Source: Patescibacteria group bacterium (GTDB lineage Bacteria; Patescibacteriota; Patescibacteriia; Patescibacteriales; JAQTRU01). From it: a DNA stretch of 64,000 nt. The first letter of the stretch is position 1, and each line of letters opens with the position of its first letter. The notes below the pieces were generated by a model, which saw only the letters and a program-made list of their open reading frames with translations, ran no database searches and was not told where the DNA came from. Position numbers and translations under genes: made by a program. Below, one piece after another: positions 52,017 through 60,943 of the stretch. The DNA is taken from the NCBI GenBank assembly GCA_028716725.1, contig JAQUPG010000006.1, positions 3,686 to 67,685 of the forward strand, written 5' to 3'.

Positions 52017-55000
52017 TTATTTTTTATATATGTTCTTTTCGCTTCTTTCGTGCCTTTCCTTGCTGTCACCGTCATTATTAATGTTATCTTCCCCTTTCCT
52101 GTCTCCGCCCAATAATTCCACGTCCAGGCACAGGCCTTTTAATTCTCTGACTAAAACGTTAAAAGATTCCGGGACGTTCAGCTTATTTATAACTTCGCCC
52201 TTAATAATAGACTCATAGGCTTTGCTCCGGCCCGGGACATCGTCCGATTTAATGGTTAAAATTTCCTGCAAAATATGGGCGGCGCCATAGCCTTCCAGGG
52301 CCCAGACTTCCATTTCCCCGAAGCGCTGGCCGCCGAACTGGGCTTTCCCGCCCAAAGGCTGCTGGGTTATTAAAGAATAAGGGCCGATCGAGCGCTGGTG
52401 GATTTTATCTTCAACCATATGGTTAAGCTTTAATATATACATGATGCCGACGGCAATCCGGTGGTCATAAGGCTGGCCGGTTTTTCCGTCATACAAATGG
52501 ACCTTGCCGTCCTCGGGCAAGCCGGCGCGGGTAAGCTCTTTTTTTATTCTGGCTTCGCCAATGCCGTTTAAAGCCGGGGTCACGATGCGGTACCCGAGCT
52601 TCTTGGCGGCAAAGCCCATGTGGGTTTCTAAGAGCTGCCCCAGATTCATGCGGGAGATAATTCCCAAAGGTGATAAAATTATGTCAACCGGCGTCCCGTC
52701 TTCCATATAAGGCATGTCTTCAACCGGCACGATTTTGGAAATTACGCCTTTGTTGCCGTGGCGGCCGGCCATCTTGTCCCCGACCTGGATCTTCCTTAAA
52801 TTAGCCACGGAAATCTGAATTGATTTTAAAACCCCGGCCGAGAGCTTGTCGCCTTCTTCGCGGGAAAAAATCTTTATGTCAACGACTTTGCCGTGTTCTC
52901 CATGCTCAAGGTAAAGGGATGAATCGCGCACGTCTTTGGCTTTCTCCCCGAAAATCGCCCGAAGCAATTTCTCTTCGGCTGACAGCTCGGTTTCGCCTTT
53001 AGGCGTAATTTTTCCGACTAAAATATCGCCGGAAGAAACTTCGGCCCCGATGCGGATTATGCCTTCTTCATCAAGATTTTTGAGCTTCTCTTCCGAGATG
53101 TTGGGAATATCATTCGTCACCACTTCCGGCCCCAGCTTCGTGTCCCGGACGTCAATCGTGTAATTTTCAATATGGATTGAAGAATAAATGTCGTTTCTGA
53201 CCAGGCGCTCGGAAATGATAATCGCGTCTTCATAATTAAAGCCTTCCCAGGTCATAAAAGCCACCAAAGCATTTTTCCCCAAAGACAATTCGCCTTCGGC
53301 AATCGCCGGCCCGTCCGTAATAATCTGGTCCTTCTTTACCTTGTCGCCCACGGAAACAATCGGACGCTGGTTTATGCAGGTTGAGGAGTTTGACCGCAAA
53401 AATTTCGTTAATTCGTATTTCGTTATTTTATCTTTCTTGTTTTTTATTTCAATAACCGCGCCGTCCGCTTTTATAATTTCCCCGTCTTCCTCGGCAATAA
53501 TGACATGCCCGGAATCGCGGGCCGCCCGGGCTTCAATGCCCGTGCCCACAACCGGAGCTTCATTTTCAATCAAAGGCACGGCCTGGCGCTGCATGTTCGT
53601 TCCCATCAACGCCCTTTGCCCGTCGTTGTGTTCCATAAAAGGAATTAAGGAAGTGGCGATGGAAATAATCTGGTTGGCGGCCACCCCGAAGAAATCAATC
53701 TTGTCGACTTCATCGGTTGCCGGCTGGCCGAATCTTCTGACTTCGCATTTCTCAACCAGAAAATGCCCCTCGGCGTCAATCGGCGTCGTGGCGGCGGTCG
53801 TAATGTATTTTTCCTCCTGGAAAGAATCAAGATAAACGATTTCGCCCGTCACGACCGGCTTAAGCGGGATAAGAATCCGCTTATCAACTTTTCTGGCGAT
53901 TTCCTCGGCCTGGACTTTGCTTATCTTTTCCCCGGCCCGGGCAATCACCGCGCCCTTTTTGTCTTCTCCGACCCGGGTATATAAAATTTCTTTTTCTCCG
54001 CCCAAATCTTCTTCCGTTAATTCTTTTACTTCGGCAATATCAACCCTGGCAATCTGTCCGGCCGTAATTTTCTGGTCATTTTTCACGTCATGAAGGACCC
54101 GGTAATAAGGCGCTTCTAAAAATCCGTACTTGTTAAGTTTGGCATAACTGGCCAAATGCCCGACCAAACCGATGTTCGGGCCTTCCGGAGTCGCAATCGG
54201 GCAGATGCGGCCGTAATGTGTCGTATGCACGTCGCGGACGTCAAAACCGGCTCTTTCCCGGGTTAAGCCCCCGGGGCCCATGGCGGATAACCGGCGCTTA
54301 TGCTCAAGCTCGGCCAAAGGATTGGTCTGGTCCATAAACTGCGACAGCTGGGAAGACATAAAAAATTCCTTAACCACGGAAATAACCGGCCGGGCGTTAA
54401 TCAGCTTGTTCGGGGTTAAGCTCGTAATATCGGCCGTGCTCATCCGGTCTTTTATAATTCTTTCCATTCTAGCCAGCCCGACCCTGAACCGGTTCTGGAT
54501 TAATTCGCCGATGGCCCGGACGCGCCGATTGCCCAGGTGGTCAATATCGTCTTCCTGCTCGCCCGTTATATTTAACCTTATCACTTCTTTTATCACGGCC
54601 ACCAAATCCTCTTTCCTTAATATCCGGTTTTCTTTTTTATTCGGGACGTCAAAGCCGAACTTCCGGTTTAATTTGTAGCGCCCGACCCGGCCGAAATCAT
54701 ACCGGTCAAACCGGAAAAACATGGAATAGATTAATTGCCGGGCGTTGTCCGTGGCCGCCAAATCTCCCGGCCTGATTCTTTTGTAAACTTCCTGCAGGCC
54801 CTCGGCTTCGTTCTTGGCCGCGTCCCGGGAAATAGTCGCTTCCACATAGCTCATTATTTCTTCATTCGTAACTTTCTTATTAGATTCGTCCCTGCCCGGG
54901 ATGACAAAGCCTTCTTTGGTCGCAAACAATTGCTTTATCTTTTCGTCGCTGTCAAAGCCGAAAGAGCGCAGGAGCGAAGTGATGGCCACTTTTCTTTTCC

Positions 55001-55550
55001 GGTCGATCCTGACCCAGAGAACTTTATTAAGGTCGGTTTCGATTTCCAGCCAGGCGCCGCGGTTCGGGATAATCTTGGCTCCGTAGCATTTTTTTCCTTT
55101 TATAAAATCGGACGTGAAAATTACGCCGGCGCTCCGGATAAGCTGGGAAACAACCACCCTTTCAATCCCGTTAACGATAAAGGTTCCCCTTTTCGTCATT
55201 AAAGGAAAATCGCCCAAAAAAACTTCCTGGGTATTGGCCTCCCCTGTCCGTTTATTGGCCAAACGAGTTTTCACCCGAAGCGACGCTTCAAAAGTCGTGT
55301 TCTTGGCCTTGCTTTCCGTTTCGTTGAATTTCGGCTCGTCCAGATAATAATCTTCAAAATACAATTCAAGGTCGCGGCCGATAAAATCCGTGACCGGAGA
55401 AATTTCGTCAAAAAGTTCGGCCAGGCCTTCTTCCAGAAACCAATTATAAGAATCCTTCTGGATCTCAATCAGGTCGGGCATGGGCATGGTTTCCCGGAGG
55501 CCGTCCGCGTCCCTATCAATTTTTATGTTTTGCGCCTTAGAGTTGGGCAT
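52017..55550 (-). CDS. rpoB: DNA-directed RNA polymerase subunit beta
   Basis: Rifampicin-cluster region [30 protein letters not shown]-like, plus [13 protein letters not shown] and [14 protein letters not shown]; 1177 aa. Confidence 0.97.
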   Translation of the reverse strand: [1177 protein letters not shown]

Positions 55551-55700
55551 ATGATAAATCTATTGATAATGATTTTAAGACAACAAAAAACCTCAAGGCC
55601 TTAGGGCTTTGAGTTTAAAAAGCTATTTAATTAAGTTAGAAAGGAAAAAATAAATCACCTTTGGGGAAAGAGTTTATAAATTAAGAAGCATGGGGATTTA

Positions 55701-55765
55701 CCCCGCACCTTTTAGGAAAGATACGGGGGTGTACATATAAGTAACAGATTTAAAAAGGTGCGGGG
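55701..55765. repeat. 13-bp-arm inverted repeat in rpoB upstream region
   Basis: ccccgcacctttt (55701-55713) / aaaaggtgcgggg (55753-55765) with a 39-nt loop. Confidence 0.8.
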
Positions 55766-56033
55766 TTTATAAATGGCAAAGGAGAAAAACGGAATAGAGA
55801 ATAAAACAAAAAAACGGCTAAACAAGCGCAAACAGAGACGCAAATATTTCCGTTTTTATAACGTTTTGTATATGACTAGTATTAGTTTATTACTTGTTCT
55901 TATACTAACAGCTAAGAAAAAATATGTCAAGCGGATAAGCAAAATAATTAAAATAAATCAAATCCCTTAATTTTTTCTTTATTTTTAGCTAAAATCTAAT
56001 TTTTCCTAAAAAGTTATCCACAGGACATCGTCT

Positions 56034-56084
56034 CCCCCTTGATAAAGGGGGTTGGGGGGATTTAAAGGGGGACGAGGGGGATTT
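56034..56084 (+). repeat. family A hairpin with duplicated G-rich tail
   Basis: ccccctt-gata-aaggggg, ttggggggattt, then aaagggggacgagggggattt. The hairpin is identical to the copy at 26795. Confidence 0.85.
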
Positions 56085-56532
56085 ATTCTCCCCCTTCTTT
56101 TTCTTTTGTAAAATATTCCTTAGCGCCAACCAGCACCTTCATCGCCCGCATTATGTTAAACAATTCATTGGATCTCGCATTTTCATCAAAGTCATTTAAA
56201 TAACCTTTTTCATATATATAATTTACTCTATGCAAAGCATACCTGAGCGAAGTCAGCATATCAAAAACATCTTTTCTCTCGCACTTTTTAGCTAAATCAG
56301 AAATTTCCTCTACTTCGGCAAACATTTTTTCCACTCTTTCTTGGGTAAAAATTTTATCAGAATTAAGATACAAATCTTTAAATTCAACTTTCTTGGTAGC
56401 TTCTTTCAACCCGCCGCAAATTTCTTCCATAAATACAAACAGCCTTTCCAGCCTTTCCTCAACTTCTTTTTCCATATCATCCTCTTTTCTCTCCTTAAAC
56501 CCTCCTGTATTATCGGCATTTTCTCCAAACAT
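56083..56532 (-). CDS. hypothetical helical protein (149 aa)
   Basis: Clean ORF, acidic and helical. Its 3' end overlaps the family A repeat. No family recognised. Confidence 0.55.
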   Translation of the reverse strand: MFGENADNTGGFKERKEDDMEKEVEERLERLFVFMEEICGGLKEATKKVEFKDLYLNSDKIFTQERVEKMFAEVEEISDLAKKCERKDVFDMLTSLRYALHRVNYIYEKGYLNDFDENARSNELFNIMRAMKVLVGAKEYFTKEKEGGE

Positions 56533-56603
56533 ATATTTTTAATCAATTACGAATTATGAATTATCAATTGTTAATTGCCAATTGGATTTACTCGCGCTCC
56601 TGG

Positions 56604-57551
56604 CTAGGGCCTAAAGCGGCGGTAGATTTTTTTAGCGATCCAGTAAACGAGCCAGATTATAAAACCGTAAATTACGAGCATGGGCAGAACCACGATTATA
56701 AAAGCAATCAGGCCGTCAATAAAGCCCTGGCCGTTGGCTAAAAATTGCTTGACCGAAAGTTTTACTTTTTCCCAAGGCCGCCAGTCCTGGCTCACGGCCG
56801 CGATTTCCACGTCTTCGCTTATCTCGGTGGTGATGGTTGACATGTCGGTTTGGGAATTAAGATAGCGCATCTGGCCCTGCAATTGCTCAATTTCACCGCG
56901 CACCCGCGCCACTTCCTTGGTAACGGCTAAAACATCTTCGATTTTACCGGAACGGGAAAGTATTGCCACGAAGGAGGCTTCTTCGGCCTGCGTATTTTTT
57001 AATCTCGCTTCCAGATCAATGTACTCGGCCGTTATATCCTGGGCGTTGCTGGCTTCAGATACGACTTGGGTCGCGACTTTTTTAATCTCGGCAAAAGCCT
57101 TGTCAAAATTATCATAAGGCACGCGGATCGTGATATAGCCGGATTTTACTCCCGCGCCCGATTCGTAAAAACTGGAGTTGGAAACTTCCCCTTTATTTAG
57201 CTTCGCAATATTGGCTATGCTTTCCGCCGCGGTTTCCGCCTTTTCCACCCTTAAATCCAGGCTTCCGGTTTTAATAATTTTTTTATCAACCGTAGCCATA
57301 ACTCCCGGAGCCGCTTTTGGCGCGACTGAATTACTATCCGCGGCGTATTCTTCGGAATAAGAACTTTGGCTGGGTGTTGGCATGCCTCCCCGGGACATGC
57401 CTTTTTCCACCAGGCCCATGCTTGAATTGCCGGATATATTATCGCCCGTAATTTGGCCGACAGCGCCGAAAAGAATCAGGAGGCCGACAAATAAAACAAA
57501 AATAACCAGAATAATAATGCCGATAATTTTTAGAATTTTTTTGATTGGCAT
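56604..57551 (-). CDS. DUF4349-like protein with N- and C-terminal TM anchors
   Basis: 315 aa. N-terminal TM, GSLDLRVEK segment, coiled-coil region (YIDLEARLKNTQAEE), C-terminal TM pair. Layout as I recall for DUF4349. Confidence 0.55.
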   Translation of the reverse strand: MPIKKILKIIGIIILVIFVLFVGLLILFGAVGQITGDNISGNSSMGLVEKGMSRGGMPTPSQSSYSEEYAADSNSVAPKAAPGVMATVDKKIIKTGSLDLRVEKAETAAESIANIAKLNKGEVSNSSFYESGAGVKSGYITIRVPYDNFDKAFAEIKKVATQVVSEASNAQDITAEYIDLEARLKNTQAEEASFVAILSRSGKIEDVLAVTKEVARVRGEIEQLQGQMRYLNSQTDMSTITTEISEDVEIAAVSQDWRPWEKVKLSVKQFLANGQGFIDGLIAFIIVVLPMLVIYGFIIWLVYWIAKKIYRRFRP

Positions 57552-57574
57552 AGGTTTTAGATTTAAAAATTAGT

Positions 57575-58195
57575 TTATTTAATATATTGATCAAAATCTT
57601 TAATAGTAGTGACAATAATTTCTACATTGTTATTAAATTTAATTTTATTTTGTGGGATATTAACAACAGTTTTATAACCAAAAACAAGCATGGGTTTGAC
57701 GAATTTATTTGGGTTCTCTCCGAATTTTAAATTTCTCACTAATTTACAATGTTTTAGTAAAGCAATCAAAATATCAGTGTTATCAAAACCATTTATGTAT
57801 AGTGAACCATTATTAAACATTACGTTACCCGCCCAATTTTTTGCTTCCACTCCATAATACGAGTTACCTTTTGTGATTAAAAAATCCAGATCGCCATAGA
57901 CAGTCTCTATGTGTTGGACGTATTTAATCCATAATTTTTTTAGTTTATTCTCTATTTGTGTTTCCAAATTAAGCCCCTTCCCATAAGAATCTTGCCTGTT
58001 TATACAATATTCGATAATAAAAAGAACAAATACCCCAACGGCGCCCAGCACCAACCCTACAACAAAATTTGACAAGTTATTATTAAAAAAGAAATATCTT
58101 CCTGCAAAATAAGCGAAAAGAATTAAAATAACTACAATAACATATCTGTATAATTCATAATTCCTGATTTTACTTTTTAGATAATTATTCGGCAT
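57575..58195 (-). CDS. membrane-anchored NERD (nuclease-related) domain protein
   Basis: Two N-terminal TM helices, then GKGLNLETQIENKLKKL...YGDLDFLIT...YGVEAKNWAG (D..D/ExK-type NERD core). Confidence 0.6.
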   Translation of the reverse strand: MPNNYLKSKIRNYELYRYVIVVILILFAYFAGRYFFFNNNLSNFVVGLVLGAVGVFVLFIIEYCINRQDSYGKGLNLETQIENKLKKLWIKYVQHIETVYGDLDFLITKGNSYYGVEAKNWAGNVMFNNGSLYINGFDNTDILIALLKHCKLVRNLKFGENPNKFVKPMLVFGYKTVVNIPQNKIKFNNNVEIIVTTIKDFDQYIK

Positions 58196-58200
58196 GAAAT

Positions 58201-58443
58201 TTATTTTTTTATAATCTTAAGCTTTTCCGCCCGGGATAATTTTTTTATTCGGCATTCTTCCTTTTGCGCCAGAGATTTATTTTTTTTCTTAACAGAATAA
58301 ACTAATTTTACCGGCCGCCGGCCTTTCGTATATTTAGCTCCCAAAACTGAATCATTATGCTCCTTTATTCTGCGTTTAAGGTTGGTTGTTACGCCAGTAT
58401 AAAAACTCTTGTCCTTGCATTGCACTATATATACATACCACAT
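58201..58443 (-). CDS. GIY-YIG nuclease family protein (UPF0213-like)
   Basis: WYVYIVQCKDKSFYTGVTTNLKRRIKEHN; 80 aa. Confidence 0.85.
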   Translation of the reverse strand: MWYVYIVQCKDKSFYTGVTTNLKRRIKEHNDSVLGAKYTKGRRPVKLVYSVKKKNKSLAQKEECRIKKLSRAEKLKIIKK

Positions 58444-58458
58444 TATATTTATATATAA

Positions 58459-58695
58459 TTAAACCGGGCAATCGCAATCCTTATGTTTTAAAATTATTTT
58501 TTGCTCTTGCTTGGTGTTTATAAAGGGTTTGGTCAGATTGGCGGCCAGAAAAAACAGGGTAATAACAATATAGGTTAAAACCGCGACTAAAATCTTGCGG
58601 GCCAAGCTCGTTTCCCAGGCCTTGTCCGCTTCCACGCGCTTGTTGCGCTCTTTTATCTTTTTTATCTCGTTTTTTAACTCTTGTAATTCATCCAT
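58459..58695 (-). CDS. small coiled-coil/TM protein (78 aa)
   Basis: MDELQELKNEIKKIKERNKRVEADKAWETS, then TM ILVAVLTYIVITLFFLAA. Confidence 0.55.
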   Translation of the reverse strand: MDELQELKNEIKKIKERNKRVEADKAWETSLARKILVAVLTYIVITLFFLAANLTKPFINTKQEQKIILKHKDCDCPV

Positions 58696-58842
58696 AAAAA
58701 TAGGTTAAATTATACCCTAATTTTCCCACTTTTGGCCTCAAAAGTCAATTTGACAAGGAATTAGTAATTAGGAAGTTCATAGGTCCTAAGCTCCTCTAAC
58801 AGGGGCTTAGGACCTTTTGGGTTTACCTTTCGAAAGGGGGCA

Positions 58843-58882
58843 AATAAAATAAAAAAGCCCTGTACCGCATAGCGCAGGGCTT
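58843..58882 (-). terminator. rho-independent terminator of the Zn-ribbon gene
   Basis: Minus strand AGCCCTG-12 nt-CAGGGCT followed by TTTTTTATTTTATTT. Confidence 0.7.
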
Positions 58883-58915
58883 CAAGTCTTTCTCCTTGGG
58901 TGTTATTACCATCCT

Positions 58916-59338
58916 TTAGTAAGATGGGCGCATTAGAGCGCCGCAACGTCGGCATTTTATAACTGTTGAATGGCCACAATCATCTGTGTAGATTGTTTCT
59001 TTTGGGTTTGGATAATTGCCGCAGTTACAGCATTCTCCGTCTCTGTCTTTGGCCCAGGGCAAATCCCAATAATTGATGCCTTTATCTTTTTGCGGCGGAC
59101 CTGGCCGGAACCTTCCCTGGCTGGCAGACGGAAAAGCGCCAGCCAGGCCTCTGGCCACACTTCCCTGCTTCGGGATCTTTTTCGCTCCCGGCACTTCCTG
59201 CGGCCGGCCGCCGGTATCGGTAAAGTGTAGGATGCCGCCGATCCAGGCCATTTTCCTGTGGGGATATTCTTTTTCCCATTTTTTCAACTCATTTTTTCTG
59301 TCCGCCACTTCTGATCCGGCTGACCTTGCTTTACCCAT
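58916..59338 (-). CDS. hypothetical protein with C-terminal CxxC...CxxC zinc-ribbon-like motif (140 aa), GC-elevated islet
   Basis: ATG at 59338 preceded by AAGGAGGTTTGCC. C-terminus ECCNCGNYPNPKETIYTDDCGHSTVIKCRRCG. The track start at 59413 lacks an SD. Confidence 0.6.
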   Translation of the reverse strand: MGKARSAGSEVADRKNELKKWEKEYPHRKMAWIGGILHFTDTGGRPQEVPGAKKIPKQGSVARGLAGAFPSASQGRFRPGPPQKDKGINYWDLPWAKDRDGECCNCGNYPNPKETIYTDDCGHSTVIKCRRCGALMRPSY

Positions 59339-59487
59339 GGCAAACCTCCTTTGATGATGGTTTTCTTTGAATTTTGTTTTTATCTTACTATTTTTAAAAA
59401 GAAAGTCAAACAAAAAAACCGCCTCGTTCGGCGGAGCTCACGACAGGCTTTTTAGGCGGAATTTTAATAAAATATATGGGTCAAGTG

Positions 59488-60861
59488 TTAAATGTTACGA
59501 GTTAATAGTTCTTTCGCCGTTTCCCTGTCATCCCACTTAATTTTTTTCCCATCCGCTACGCAGATTGCCTGCTCGCTTCCTTTTCCGGTTATTAAAACAA
59601 TATCGTTTTCTTTAGCTAAAGATAAAGCCTTTTTGATGGCTTCGCGCCGGTCTAAAATTTTAAAGACTTCTTTTTTTGTTTTAACGCCCTTAGCCACTTC
59701 GTCAATAATTACTTGCGGATCTTCGTCATACGGGTCCTCGTTCGTTATTATAATATAATCCGCATTTCTTCCGGCTAAAGCGCCTAATTTCGGACGGCGG
59801 GCTTTGTCCCGCCCGCCGCCGGTTGAACCGAGAACGTGAATAATTTTAGAATGCGGGATTAATTCTATGGTTTCATAAAGTTTGGCAACCGCTTTAGGCT
59901 CAAAAGCATAGTCCACGACTACGGTAAAATTCTGGCCCTGATCAATTTTTTCCAATCTCCCGGGCACGCCCGCGATATTTTCAAGGCCTTCTTTAATTTT
60001 TTTGATATCAATTCCCTCGGACAAGCCGAGGCAAACCGCCACCATGGCGTTAACAGCGTTAAAATCTCCCAGAAGTTTTAAATTTATCTTTGCCTTATTT
60101 ACGGAAAAACTCATGCCCTTGTTATTTGCTTCCACTTCCCCGTATTTTATTTCTTCCACTCCGGCCAGGCCCAAATTTTTATTTTTAACATACGCCATTT
60201 TTTCTTCGGCCCAAAAACTTAAAAAATATTTGGCTTCCTTGTCGTCGCCATTGGCGATAATTCTTTTTTTCACCTGGTTTAATTCTATTTTTTTAATCCC
60301 CGAATCGGAAAGGCAGACGCATTTGCCATTATTAACGTATTTACTTTTGCCTCTTTTTAAATGCTTGAATAATTTTCCTTTTGCTTCTTTATAGTTTAAA
60401 AAGGAGCCGTGGGATTCTATGTGCTCGGGATAAAGACCGGTAAAAATTAAAGTGTCGTAATTTATGAAGCAATGCCTAAATTGCTTTATCCCCTCCGAAG
60501 TCGTTTCCACCAAAGCGTATTGGCAGTTATTTTTTACCATCGCCCGCAAAATCTTCTGGGTGAAAAACCGGCCCGGCATAGTCATCTTTTTGTCGTTCAG
60601 CCATTCTTTGTTCCCGTCGGAAAACATGGCCGTGGAAGTAAAACCGGTTTTATAGCCGGCCGCCGTTAGCATCTTGGCGATTAAATAAAGACTGGTGGTT
60701 TTGCCGGTCGTACCGGTAATGCCGATTACAATCAATTTCTCGCTTGGCCAGCGGTAAATTAAAGCCGCGAGCCAGCTTAAAATAAAATGATAACCCGGCT
60801 GGAGGGCTTTAAATATTTTAACGGGAATGTATCTTTTTATAATATTTAATAGTTTCTCCAT
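59488..60861 (-). CDS. murE: Mur ligase family protein (MurE-like UDP-MurNAc-dipeptide ligase)
   Basis: IGITGTTGKTTS P-loop, Mur ligase middle and C-terminal domains (GSTGGGRDK). The first 15 track residues are encoded by family B repeat DNA, so the ATG at 60861 is preferred. The amino acid added is not determinable here. Confidence 0.75.
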   Translation of the reverse strand: MEKLLNIIKRYIPVKIFKALQPGYHFILSWLAALIYRWPSEKLIVIGITGTTGKTTSLYLIAKMLTAAGYKTGFTSTAMFSDGNKEWLNDKKMTMPGRFFTQKILRAMVKNNCQYALVETTSEGIKQFRHCFINYDTLIFTGLYPEHIESHGSFLNYKEAKGKLFKHLKRGKSKYVNNGKCVCLSDSGIKKIELNQVKKRIIANGDDKEAKYFLSFWAEEKMAYVKNKNLGLAGVEEIKYGEVEANNKGMSFSVNKAKINLKLLGDFNAVNAMVAVCLGLSEGIDIKKIKEGLENIAGVPGRLEKIDQGQNFTVVVDYAFEPKAVAKLYETIELIPHSKIIHVLGSTGGGRDKARRPKLGALAGRNADYIIITNEDPYDEDPQVIIDEVAKGVKTKKEVFKILDRREAIKKALSLAKENDIVLITGKGSEQAICVADGKKIKWDDRETAKELLTRNI

Positions 60862-60900
60862 AAAAATCTTTTTGTCATTGTGAGGAGGCACCTTTTCCTC

Positions 60901-60940
60901 TGTCATTGCGAGCCCCGAAGATTCGGGGCTCGCAATGACA
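60901..60940. repeat. family B perfect palindrome
   Basis: tgtcattgcgagccccgaa-ga-ttcggggctcgcaatgaca. A partial copy gtcattgtgaggagg lies at 60874-60888. Confidence 0.9.
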
Positions 60941-60943
60941 TTC

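Noticed and set aside
55773-55970. 65-aa K/R-rich ORF on the + strand in the rpoB upstream spacer.
   Set aside because: Its low-complexity basic/hydrophobic composition is typical of translated A/T-rich DNA. It has no SD, no recognisable family, and points away from any operon context.
56014-56022. Perfect DnaA-box consensus TTATCCACA in the long spacer upstream of rpoB, raising the idea of an origin.
   Set aside because: Only a single box was found. No dnaA/dnaN gene and no cluster of boxes lie nearby. A lone 9-mer match in 64 kb on two strands is plausible by chance.
58750-58781. TTGACA hexamer upstream of the hairpin at 58782-58814, suggesting a small + strand RNA gene.
   Set aside because: No acceptable -10 hexamer lies at 16-19 nt spacing. 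The hairpins are better explained as terminator or repeat structures of the minus-strand islet gene.
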